Positions 13,671 to 26,160 are shown, numbered from the stretch's first letter. The stretch is DNA of 64,000 bases from Octopus bimaculoides (GCF_001194135.2 NC_068999.1:30811983-30875982), one strand, 5' to 3'. Numbers and translations are program-made. The notes: generated from the letters alone by a model not told the origin.

Positions 13671-14107
13671 ATAAAGACAAGTTTCTATTTATTTGGTGAC
13701 AGTAGATAAAATAGATTGCAGGTGGATTAATACCCTCACTTAATGAGCTGAAGAGATAGAAGTGGCAATTGTAATAAAATGGATGGTTACTACAGTATTT
13801 CAAAAGATACAGGCAGATAAATAAAGAGATTGATAGATAGAGACAGAGAGAGAATGTGCGAGATGAATGGAGAGAGAAAAAAAAAGTGCTGAATGAATTA
13901 TACTTACATGTTAACACATACACTTAGCAAATGATTTCTATTACTGTAGATACTTTATCTCTCACAGATCATTATGTCTGGTCTGTTTTTACAGAAGTTT
14001 TGACAGGAAGATTCTACCTGTATTATTTCATTTAGGTGCATGTTCTCCATTTTATTGGATTTCAATCTTCAGGACTATCCTTTGTATGAATTGAGTATAC
14101 CATATAG

Positions 14108-14235
14108 GTATACAGAACTCTGATAATATGTAGGTATGCAGAACTGTGATAATATGTAGGTTATAGAACTGTGATAATATGTAGATATATAAAATTGTGA
14201 TAATATGTAGATATATAGAACTGTGATAATAGATA
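14108..14235. repeat. 26-bp tandem repeat, 5 copies (AGAACTGTGATAATATGTAG core)
   Basis: Unit starts at 14114, 14140, 14165, 14191, 14217. Confidence 0.9.
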
Positions 14236-14859
14236 TGGAGGTATGAAAATAAATGTAGAAAGAAGGAAAGAACAAAAAAAAAAAAAAAGAATGCTGTACA
14301 GGAAGTATAATATATTTCTTTAAATATGTTTCATGAGATATATAGATACATCATTTACACATTGCTATCAAGAAACAATTCTAATTGTGACCACACTTTC
14401 TTGATTCAGATATAAGAAAATTAAATAAAGCCAAATTCAATTCAATTCCACTTCAGGAATATATCTTGACTATATTCTGTATCAATAATATTAAAATATT
14501 CATCTATATATCTATTTCCAAAATAGAAATATTAGAAAATGACTTACTTCAGTCATGTGGATTCAATGTCCGTCCTCTGGAATAAAATTAAAAAAAAGAT
14601 ATATTATTAGATGATGTATTTATTTATTTACTTATATTTTTTCATCTTTTTTCATCACTTCTGTTTATTTCACAATCTCCCAAACACTGATTTCTAGTGC
14701 ACACACATTTTACAGCAGTATTCTAACACACACACACATTCATATGTAGCAGTAAACAGATATATATTCGTGGATATTTCTGATTGTCAAGAATGTACTG
14801 TAAAGTATAGAACAAACCTTGAGATATACCAGATAAGCAGACACTCTATGAATGTATGG

Positions 14860-15210
14860 TGACAGTAAAAAAGAGTAAAGACACCCTTCGGTCATGAATG
14901 ACCATGAGATTGCACCTAGAAACTTACCCTCTGAGGCACAAGTCCAGGCAAAATTGTTTATGGAAGACCAGCAGGTGACCATGCATACCAGCGACCCCTC
15001 TTCATGCCACTGATATCATCCAAGGGAAAGGGAAAGGCTGATACAGTTTGGCACCTGTAATGTCACAACTCATTTCTACAGCCAAGTGAACTGGAGCACC
15101 ATGAAATAAAGTGTCTAGCTCAAGAACACAACACACAGCCTGGTCCAGGAATTGAACTCACTACCTCATGATTGTGAGCCCGATACTCTAACCAGTACAC
15201 CATGTGCCTT
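14860..15210 (-). mobile_element. tRNA-derived SINE
   Basis: Minus strand begins aaggcacaTGGTGTACTGGtt (A box) ... GAGTTCAATTCC (B box), followed by a gtgttcttgagctagacact core like that at 39660. Confidence 0.8.
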
Positions 15211-15298
15211 TATGGTCACAGCAGTCATATAAAATAGGGGCAAAATATTGTCATTATAAACTTTATAGGAAAGACAAAAGAAACACCTTGGGTATGTA

Positions 15299-15374
<76 letters not shown>

Positions 15375-16728
15375 TTGTGGTCATTATTATTTAAGGAGAC
15401 ACAGGACTTGGCCACAAAAAGAAAAAGAATGGACATTTTCTATAAACATCCATTTAGCTAGACGGTGTAAGTATACATCATGAAGAATTCTTTGCAGAAA
15501 ATAATTATTGCTGTGAGTAATTTTAGAACTGAAAAAACCCCTCCTTTATGACACCATTTATTTCAGACAAACTTCCTCAAAATGGCTGCCATGTTATTTC
15601 CGTATTTTCTATTTGAAATCTAAGAATCAATTTGACTGATGTCTAATGGAACATTACAGAATCTACCATTACAAATGTTTTCAAGGATGTTTCCAGCAAC
15701 AAGGACTATTTTATTGCTCAATTTCACTCTCTTTTATTGTTACCATTGTCATTTAGCTCCATATAATCTCTAATCAAGTTGACTTATGACTACAAATATC
15801 CCAGTATGCATCTCAACTATCTAAGACCACATTATCTAGCATGTCCTTTCTTACAAGATGACAAGATGTAATTTGAGAAAAATTTTCACTGCCATTTCTT
15901 GCAGCTTGAGTAACAGTGTAAAGCTTCCATTGTTTTGTTGTTGTTATTGTTTAACCCCAAGTTAAACTTGTGGTCAAAGAACTATTTCCATTATGATCAT
16001 ACTGACAACATTGTCAAAGGTTTTTTTTTTTAACCTTTTTATCATATTTCTGTGGAAGCACAGTCTTTATTCCAATTAATTTTGAAAATAATGAAGGACT
16101 TAATAAAATTACATGGTCATTATTAAGTTGGTGTTTGGGAACATAGATTAACTTGAAATTTTGTTGGAAAATTTTAATTTAGATGACTTTAAAATAGAAA
16201 GTTTGTATCATAGAAACAGCTGTGATCTCAGACAGGTTGGAAAGATTCTACAACAAGCATTGATAGTGAAATCACTAAATATGTATATGCCATGGATTAA
16301 ATTTTTTTTTAAACGGTCTTAATTGTAAAATTTGTGTATCCATTTGAGGAGAACATTTTTTATAATGATATAATGTATTCATTAATCAATTAAAAAGTTT
16401 GTTAGAAATGGCAGCAATGAATTGATACCTATCCATCATTTGTTATTTATAATTCACCATTCTCAGAACCTGCCCCTTACATGTTCTGAAGTATACTTGG
16501 CATGTATATTTGATAAAATGTGCATTTCTGAATTAGCCTAAGGGCTGATGATATACTCAGTTAAGTTCAATTAATTGTTTACATAACCTGAATATTGTTC
16601 TGCCAGTACTTCTGTACCAAGGTTGGTATTTATCTATATAATTGCTGTGTATGCATTTTAATTCTGACCTAACCCGATGCCTTACCTTCAAGTGTCTTAT
16701 GCACCTGAATCTTATTATATATGTATAT

Positions 16729-16779
<51 letters not shown>

Positions 16780-16937
16780 CATATATTTCATTATATGTAT
16801 TTATTTTCTCCTAGTTAATAAATAACTCGGATAAAATAAATTGGTTAATAGATACCAGGGTAGCAAAGATCACAAAATGACTGTGGTGTAACTTCTGTTT
16901 ATGAGGTAGAAACTCCTTGTTATTTTGGGTACTTGAG

Positions 16938-17101
16938 TATATATAAATTTAGTAAATGGAGTAAAATGTATATGTTAACTGCATACTTTTATTTCCAACA
17001 AATAAAAGGAAGGTATAATTTGTAATCTTCGAAACATATGCTGGAAATAAAAGTATGCAGTTAACATATGTGTTTTACTCCATTCACTAAATTTATATAT
17101 A
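16938..17101. repeat. 60-bp inverted repeat with 44-nt spacer
   Basis: Arms 16938-16997 and 17042-17101 are complementary at 56/60 positions. Confidence 0.9.
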
Positions 17102-17270
17102 CATATATATATATATAAACAATATATGAGTATATGCATATATATGTACATGTATGTATATACGTTTATCTACATGTACATATAGATACATAACTGGGTA
17201 CATGACGTGGCAAAAGAACAAGGACAAAATGGTAAACAAGGTGCAACAAACAAGCAGGCCACATAGAAAC

Positions 17271-17331
17271 ATCCCCTTCATCAGCTGCCACCATTAAAAC
17301 TCCGGCGTTTCAAAGAATTAAGGCAGTACGC
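17271..17331 (-). ncRNA. Candidate hammerhead ribozyme with non-circularly permuted strand order
   Basis: Minus strand reads GCGT-A-CTGCC tta ATTCTTT-GAAA-CGC (15 nt) GGCAG-CTGATGA-AGGGGAT. Core CUGAUGA, GAAA and GUA triplet present; stems I (5 bp), II (7 bp, 3 G.U) and III (4 bp) pair. Confidence 0.55.
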
Positions 17332-17425
17332 ATCGTTAAAATGGTTTTTCCCACCAACACAAATTAAATTGTTTTCGTGGAGGGTAGTGGCGGACAGAAA
17401 ACAAGATAGGAAAACGAAACAGGAA

Positions 17426-18185
17426 AGCTCGCAAGAAATGAAGCCAGTATGCTCCGATAGATGAGTAATGTCAGTGTGCATACCTGACAGAGCGTAAGTA
17501 TCTTGAGAGAAAAGTTGAACATAAGAAGCATCAGTTGTGGTGTGCAAGAGAGACGATTGCGTTGGTATGGACATGTGGTGAGAATGGATGAGGATAGCTG
17601 CGTGAAAAAGTGCCACACCCTAGCGTTTGAGGGAACCCATGGAAGACCTGGGATGAAGTGGTGAAGCACGACCTCCGAACATTAGGCCTCACCGAGGCAA
17701 TGACTTGTGACCGTGACCTTTGGAAATATGTTGTGTATGAGAAGACCAGGCAAGCCAAGTGAGACCAAAATCGAAGGCCTTTGCCAGGGATGTAGCCAGC
17801 CCACTTACGTGTAACATTCCTTCATTGGACACTAAACTCCGCTTGCGAAGACCTGTTGAGGCAATCGAAATCAAAATCGAACTAAATTTGTAGGAACACT
17901 AAACTCGGCTTGCGAAGACCTCTTGGGGCAAGCGAAAGCAAAATCATGATGGCACCGTCCAAGCGTGATCGTTGCCAGTGCCGATGGACTGGCTCCTGTG
18001 CAGGTGGCACGTAATACACCAATGCGAGCGTGGCCTTTGCCAGTAAGACATCCGAGCAAGATCGTTGCCAGTGCCGATGGACTGGCTCCTGTGCAGGTGG
18101 CACGTAAAACACATCATTTCGAGCGTGGCCGTTGTCAGTACCTGCCTGACTGGCCCTCGTGCTGGTGGCACGTAAAAACACCCAC
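17426..18185 (+). mobile_element. 5'-truncated, CpG-rich RTE LINE with modular 3' UTR, running into a gap
   Basis: Reads KLARNEASML...QERRLRWYGHVVRMDEDSCVKKCH, near-identical to 30245-30497, then repeated UTR modules. Confidence 0.9.
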
Positions 18186-18489
18186 NNNNNNNNNNNNNNN
18201 NNNNNNNNNNNNNNNNNNNNNNNNNNNNNNNNNNNNNNNNNNNNNNNNNNNNNNNNNNNNNNNNNNNNNNNNNNNNNNNNNNNNNNNNNNNNNNNNNNNN
18301 NNNNNNNNNNNNNNNNNNNNNNNNNNNNNNNNNNNNNNNNNNNNNNNNNNNNNNNNNNNNNNNNNNNNNNNNNNNNNNNNNNNNNNNNNNNNNNNNNNNN
18401 NNTATATATATGAGAAATCTTGACATATATAAAACCATATGAGATCTTTATACATATGTAAGACATGATTATACATACGTATGACATCT

Positions 18490-18712
18490 ATTGGTTTCAG
18501 ATTCTGGCACAAGGCCAGCAGTTTTGAGAGAAGGAGTAAGTTGATTACATCGACTCCAGTACACAACTGGAACTTATTTTATTGACCCCAAAAGGATGGA
18601 AGGCAAAGCTGACTTCAGCCAAATTTGAAGTCAGAACATAAAGATGAATGAACTGTTGCTAAGTATATTACCCAGCATGCTAATGAATCCGCCAGCTCAC
18701 CACTTACTTGTG
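18490..18712 (-). mobile_element. tRNA-derived SINE (same family as 62693-62926)
   Basis: Shares gattacatcgac...aaaggatg.aaggcaaag...atgctaa.ga.tc.gccagctc with 62750-62926. Confidence 0.75.
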
Positions 18713-20052
18713 ACATATAAATATATACTTGTTTATGCACAAATAATGAGATATACATGTGACACATATTCTGTTTATATTCATATGTGACACATGTTTT
18801 ATTGTTTACATGTATATGCAACTGCTTATATTCACATGTAGTACACTTTTTAATGAGGAGTTATATGTCATGTGTAATTCATTTGTTTACAGTTTCATAT
18901 AAAAACACACGTGCTATTTTCAGGATGTTGACAAAATGTACAGTCATGTACAAAATGACAGCTTCCAAATCTTGTTTTCTGACTGGGTGAAAATTATCAA
19001 ACTTTAAACCTCTATAACTTTTTTTTAAATTCTTTCTGGAAAAAGTGAAATATCTCCAGCAATTCAGCTTGAAAAACTACATTAATGTACAAAATTAAAA
19101 AATTTTCAATAAACTTTGATCTTTGAAATCTTGGCAGCCAAACAGAAAAGATGCATAGGTTTTCAATACTTTTGTGATCTTTAAGTAACAACATGGAATA
19201 TTCTTAACAATCAAAATGTTGGATCATTTGTAAGACAGAGGTGTTAAAAGATGTTGAATAATTTACAACACAAACATTTTTCATAGAGTATTGGGTAGTT
19301 TGCAACACAGAAATGTTATAAAATGTTGTACTGTTTGAAACACAGTAATTTTATTAAGAACCAGTTCTGTAGTTTAAACACAGAACACATCTAAACACAT
19401 TTTATAAAATTTGTTGTTAACTATCTGTTTCTTGTTTTAAAAGTCACAGTTGTAAAGAATGTAAACATGAACAATTGCCAGTCAGATAGACAGATTGACT
19501 AAATGATACAAGGACTTTAGATGTTAACATACAACTTCTTATAGTTACAGAGTAAAAAAAAAAGAAAATTCAGCTGGAATCCTTCCAAATATGGTAGCAA
19601 TCTTAGAATACATTTCTTTTTTACTTCATTAGTATTTGTGTTTGGGAGGATATTTGCAAATGTTTTGAACTAAAGCAGAATTTACTTGGCAGTAATTGAG
19701 CTTTTCTAACAACAACAGAAAGCAAGTCTCATTTTTTGATAGTTTTGACTAATTAGAGACTCACAAAACCCTATGACTAAGCTAAGTGAGTTAACTCATA
19801 GATGTAGCATACAACATGATACACAACTGCAGTCTTGACAATTTAAAAATTGAATTGTATCTTTCACCATTTGATGCTTCATTGATGAGGTCTAATAAAG
19901 CTGAAACATGACTTCAGTTCTTGCCCTCCCTGCCTATTATTAGATTCAATTAACTGAGTTTATTAAACAAATTTTGAGTTATTTTTTTTTTATAGAGTTT
20001 ACTTTCTTATCTGTTTTTTTTTTCTTTTTGGTAGATTTAAGCATTGCCTTAA

Positions 20053-20866
20053 CCCTAGAAAATATGAAAAGAAAGTGACATAGACACATGAAGGTGAAAA
20101 TACTAGTTCAAGTCAAATTTTCATTGAAAAATATTCACAAAACATAAAAAAAAATTATTTTCCACATTCTAAGCACAAAACTGTATAAAATCTGTAGCTT
20201 TCATACATAGAAATCTGACATTTTCGATGGTGAATTCTACTTTTCTTTTTTCCTGAATGACAAATCCTACAAAATTCTCGTGAGTTAACTATTTTTTTTT
20301 GGGTGGGAGGNNNNNNNNNNNNNNNNNNNNNNNNNNNNNNNNNNNNNNNNNNNNNNNNNNNNNNNNNNNNNNNNNNNNNNNNNNNNNNNNNNNNNNNNNN
20401 NNNNNNNNNNNNNNNNNNNNNNNNNNNNNNNNNNNNNNNNNNNNNNNNNNNNNNNNNNNNNNNNNNNNNNNNNNNNNNNNNNNNNNNNNNNNNNNNNNNN
20501 NNNNNNNNNNNNNNNNNNNNNNNNNNNNNNNNNNNNNNNNNNNNNNNNNNNNNNNNNNNNNNNNNNNNNNNNNNNNNNNNNNNNNNNNNNNNNNNNNNNN
20601 NNNNNNNNNNNNNNNNNNNNNNNNNNNNNNNNNNNNNNNNNNNNNNNNNNNNNNNNNNNNNNNNNNNNNNNNNNNNNNNNNNNNNNNNNNNNNNNNNNNN
20701 NNNNNNNNNNNNNNNNNNNNNNNNNNNNNNNNNNNNNNNNNNNNNNNNNNNNNNNNNNNNNNNNNNNNNNNNNNNNNNNNNNNNNNAAGTTAAATAATTC
20801 TTTTATATTATAAAAATGGCTTCAACAAAAAAAGGACCATTGCAGTCACTTCCATGTTTTTGAGGG
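20053..20866. mobile_element. piggyBac-like MITE spanning an assembly gap
   Basis: TTAA-CCCT at 20049-20056 and AGGG-TTAA at 20863-20870. Subterminal similarity ccctagaaaatatg..aagtgac versus ccctcaaaaacatggaagtgac. Confidence 0.6.
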
Positions 20867-22329
20867 TTAATATTCCATCTGTTTTAATTTCAGGAAAAAC
20901 TTGGTGAATTAAAGGTTTCTTAATTGCCATATTTTACTAAATTGTATATCAGACCAAAATTAGAGCATATGTCAGCATTATAATTACAACAAAACGAAAT
21001 TATATCATTGTTTGATCACTGTTGTTTTAATGACTTTAGATGACTATAATAATTCCAATTCCAATGTCTACTTATTTGGACCCCCCCCCCCACCATTATC
21101 AACCCATACATATGCACACCTTTCGGTCTCACCTACTCAGCGTCAGTAAGAAATAATTATTATTAATGTTAAAATTAATTATCTTCATTAATATCTTTCA
21201 AATTCCTCAATACTACATTTTCTATGATATTCTTGTCTCTCATTACTATGTATCTGCTGCAGGGTAGCCATGCAGCTTGCTTGTTCAAAGTCAGCATGGC
21301 TTATATACTTCCAGTTGGACAGCCCTCCTTTCCTGTCGTTTCCCTCATAAATATCTTTTTGTTTACCTTAGTTGGATTATGGAGCCATTACTGTACTGCT
21401 GTAAATGAAAAAGAAATCTTCAGATAAGCCTGATTCCGTTTTTTCTTGCTTTTAATTTTAGTGCCAGTTTATTTTATTTCATTTCAATTTGCATTTCTAA
21501 CAAGTCTACAGCTACACTGTCGAGAAGTTAAATGTCATTCGAATTAATTTTTGTAAAACTATGTATTGTTATGGGCCAGCTCACTTTACTACTGTCCTGA
21601 AAATATGTATACCCTGTCCTTTTCATGCTATTTTTTTGTATATCTCATTCATTAAAAGTTTCATTTGTCTCTCATTACTATATAACTGCTGTAGAGTAGC
21701 CATGCGGCTTGCTTGTTCATGGTGCATCCTTCCATTCCATGCCACCACCTATACCGGGAACCTTCTGCATCAGAAATCTATATAGAAAGCTTTCTTCTCT
21801 CGTGCACTTCCTTACCCTGACATAAGCTCACTATCAACGACAGTATTACAATATAAAAAAACGCATAGCTTGCATCGAAAATTTGACATAGATGTACTTA
21901 AAGTCAGTTAATCTGTCAGTACTATTTATCTTTGTATAAACAATAGTGCATATGCCACACCTTCTTGTAGACACAGCATATGTTAAAAAAATGAATGAAG
22001 GTAAATTAAATGCAGGGTGGAACTTATAATATGCTTGTTAGCAAACATCTGTGCAAACCTTTACAGATGCTTATTTATAAGCACAGGTATAGGAACAAGG
22101 ATCAAATAAATAACTGTAAACTGTGAATTTCTATTTTACCGTAGCGGAAACACAACCAACAGCAGAACATAAGTGAAGAGGGTAACAACATCAGCCATAA
22201 TCCTGTAGCTATGCAATCAATTGTGTTTATTTTAATTGCACATAAAACTCATGCATGCCATGTGACTGGCAATTTTTAATTATTTATACAAATGTACAGC
22301 ATTTGTTAGATACTGATTAGGAGTTTACG

Positions 22330-25300
22330 ACACTCGTCACCTCAATAAGAAAGTTGATTCAGTGGGTTTCTTTTTCTGCCAGATCACTAGTTTACTCCAA
22401 TCATCATCTCATCAACTCCATGCATTTGAGGCTTGGGTTTCTCTACCTTGATGCCACAGTTGTTATTGTCTAACTTTGAGTTGATTCCTACCCAGGTGAG
22501 TTGAAACAACCCATTGATGGAAGCAATTGGTCGACACTAACTATCCAGCTTTTGTTTGCATTGGTCGCAGTATTCACACCTTTCTGTGCCAAATATATGA
22601 TGGGATTTGCTTTTGTCATGCGTTTGTTGCAGTACCAGATGTTAGTAAATGGTATGAATCGTGGATTGCAGCTGGGATGTAATGGTCTTCCGAATAACCT
22701 TTCCCCAGGTGAAGCAGCTTTCCCACCTGATGAAGATTGAGGATTGAGTAGAACTCACTGTAAATAGGGATACCAATTGTCTGTGACAGGATTCAAGGCA
22801 GATAAGGCATGTTTCTTGCCTATTTGACTGTGGATGATAATGTGGAGTATATATGCTTTTTATGCCAAGGTTCGATAACCAGCCTTTCAATGCTATAAAT
22901 TCAGGTGCACTCTCTGATACAGCAACTTTTGGCAGTCCAAACAGAGCAAAGAGATGCATCAAGCACTTTTGTACATTTTCCTTTTTTTGTGTGAGGTACA
23001 AGGGATGGCATCGATGTAGTTTGAATACGAATCCATGATGACTAAATTGCCAATGCAGTTCTTGAAAGCTCTGTAATAGTGTGGTTATTTATGTTGAAGG
23101 TGAAGATGATGAAGCTGATGCTGATGCTGACTCCATGAAAGAAGGACAGTGGCTGAAGTTGTTGATTACATGTTTTATTCATCGATACATATTATGTAAA
23201 GCCAAACCACGATGGGCAGGTATGTCTATAAACAATCAGAATGCATGCTATGTATCAAAAGTTATATTTTCTTGAAGGAATGTTGCTGTTTCATTTTTTT
23301 GCCAACTACTAGAATGTAGGATAGGGATCAGAGAGCAACAGAGTGAACGTATGTGCCTGTAAGTTTAAAAAGTAAACAGTATGTGACTTTCATGTTCCTT
23401 GTCATTTTAGCAGCAGTCCATCCATAGATAGAATGATGTTACTGAAGCAAAAGCTGAGTGAGTAAGAAACTGAGAAAGTGGCAGATGAGACAACTGTATC
23501 ACTGGTGAATTCCATAGCTCTGTCTCTATGACAGTGCCTCTGTCATGTTGGTTGACCTCTCTGTCTGCTTTTCTCCTTACAGAATCCTCGTATTTACAAT
23601 GGTACAGACCAGCAAGAAAAATGGATATACCATTATAACCATGGCTAAATCAATGTAGGTCACTCGTTATTTAGCTGAACTTTCCATGGTATAGAAAGAT
23701 CATGAGTCAAGTGGAAAACACATAGATCAGCATTCCTTTTTGACAGGATAATGGGCCATATCGCTAGGGAGAATTTCCAGATTCGATTTTGAATCTGGAC
23801 TAGGGAGATAAATTCTATTTCCACAGCCATGTGAATATGTTCCCAAGGACCAACCTTATTCCACATCATTGTCAAATCGTCTTTCATACTTCAAATCTGC
23901 TGACAAGCAGTGCAGTTGAAAATGAAGGTAGTCACACCTTGAGACAAAGTTTGGCCACCAGAACCCAAGAGAAACTTTATTGATTATTTGCTGAATACCA
24001 AAATGTGTATCATGACTGTCATGAAGCACACTGTCATGTAGTTCGTAAGGAACAAACATTCTCATTTGCAAACATAGAATTCCATCTTCTATTGTTAGTT
24101 GATCATGCATGCATTTGAAAGGGAGGTTACACTTGTTTCGTGAAGTCCATTTTCTGGATTTGACCATGCATGTGATTTGCTGAATGTGTCTATCGTATTC
24201 AGTAATATTTTTCACATGATTGATGTATGTGGTTCCAAATGAAATGTCACTCGCTCAACTGCAAAGGCAATTCCCTCATCTGCTACTTGCAATTTCAACA
24301 TTGCATCAACATGAGGAATTTTAGAGCCAGAGATATGAGATATATTAAAATCAAAAGCTATTAATTGAATAGCCCATCACCCTATTCTAGCAGAAACTTT
24401 TGTTGGGATTGGTGTTTTTTGGGTAGAAGATATATTTTAAAGATCTATGATCCATATTGAGTTTGAACCTTTCACTTAGCAGAAATTGTTTGTGATGGGT
24501 AGCAGCTTATACGATGGCTTGTCCTCGATATTTGACCAATTGAATTCAACAGGTGTCAATTTACTTGACACATAGAGAACAGGGTAACTATTTTGTGAAA
24601 GTATTGCCACAACACTCTTCATTGATGCATCCATCAGCTCAATAAGTAATTTAAGACCAAATGGCTTAAACTCTCGTTCTTTGCATAGTTCATCTTTAAT
24701 ATTCTCAAATTCAAGTTGGCACTTACCTGTCCACTGAAAATGATTGGCAGTAGTTACTTTTTGCATGCTAACGGTTTTCTCACTGAAGTTTGAAATGAAT
24801 CACCCAAATTATCCAATTAGTCCAAGAAAGAATTGCAGTTCCTTAGTATTTTTTGGGGGGTGATTTAATGTCAGATTCTGTGAGTGAGTTCTTTTGCAGG
24901 TTTAATTCCTTCTACCAATATCACACGGCCTAAAAATGAGATGTTTGTAGTCTTTTGAACACATTTTTCTTTGTTGACTCTGACTTGTGCCTCAGTTATC
25001 TTCAGAGGATGGCATTTAAGTGTTTATTCAGGCTTTCTTCCATCTTGACAAAAATGATTATATTGTCTTCGTAGGCAATGAAATTTTTTACTCCCCTAAA
25101 TACTACATTCCCTATAGCATGCTGAAAAGTTGCAGAACTATTTTTCATCCCCATCTGTAATCGTGTAACCAAGTATACCACTCTTGTAGTATTGATGGCA
25201 CAGAGCTTCTGACTATTTTCATTGTGCTCAATCTGCTAATATGCATCAGTTAAGTCAATCTTAGTGAAGAATCTTGCACCATTAAGATAGCTGAACATGG

Positions 25301-26160
25301 TTTCTATTTGTGGCAAAAGATAAGCTTCCATGCATATCTTTTCATTTAGGTGAACTTTGTAGTTGGGACACATACACAGTTGTCCATTTTCCTTTCTAAC
25401 CCACGCAACTGGAGAAGTATTGACTATGCACCCAGGGCACATTTTTTAATTACACCTTTGGCTTCAAATGCATCTGTTTCCTTTCCTACATCTTCCTGGA
25501 GAGTAATAAGCATGCTTCCAGCAGCACAGAATTTATCAGAGGCATTAAGTATTAATTTGACAGAAGCATCCACTTCTTTTATCATTGGCAGAAATGACTC
25601 AAAACTGCAAATTGTTTCAGCATTGAGCAGGTCACAAACTGGTAAACCATACCTGTGGTCACCTTTAATTATTTTAAAAGTATGGAGGGATTGCCGACCA
25701 CCTCATTTCACTGTAAAGCAAGTGCTCCCAATGCATTCCATATGGTGCCCATCGTATGATTCATATGAAGAATGTTCCAGTGTAATTGTCACACCAATAT
25801 CCTTTGCTATTACAGATGAGATAATGCTGTAGGGAGCACCCATATCATGCATCAAGTCTGTCATGCGCCCATTGAGTGAGACAGATTCAAACACAGGTTT
25901 TTCTGATGCGTAACCAATAAGTCATGGTTCAAACTTGATGACTCGTCCTGCGATAGTTCTTGGTCCTTTTACAAACTTTTGCATAGTGGCCTTTTTTGCC
26001 AAAAATTTTGCTGATAGCTTTTATTGCAGGGCAACATAGTTGTGTTGAAGTTGAGAGAGTCTGAAACATAGTCAGGTGGCAGGTCTTCTTTTTTCAAATT
26101 TGACCCAATTGTAATTGAGGTTGCATATAAAATATCTGGATAAGTTTTGGTGTTTAGCAA
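22330..26160 (-). mobile_element. Decayed Gypsy LTR retrotransposon pol (protease, RT, RNase H, integrase); no LTRs recognised
   Basis: Protease-like HDMGAPYSIIS; RT VRKENGQLCMC...FTKIDLTDAY; integrase Zn region LHDSHDTHFG...WWPN; core FGLPKVAVSESAPEF...YHPQSN. Many stops and frameshifts. Confidence 0.9.
23075..23822. other. Unclassified ~750-bp insertion splitting the Gypsy integrase
   Basis: Integrase reads PWEHIHM at ~23850-23830 and resumes IGNLVIMDSYSNYIDA at ~23055-23010. The intervening sequence is not Gypsy-like. Confidence 0.6.
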
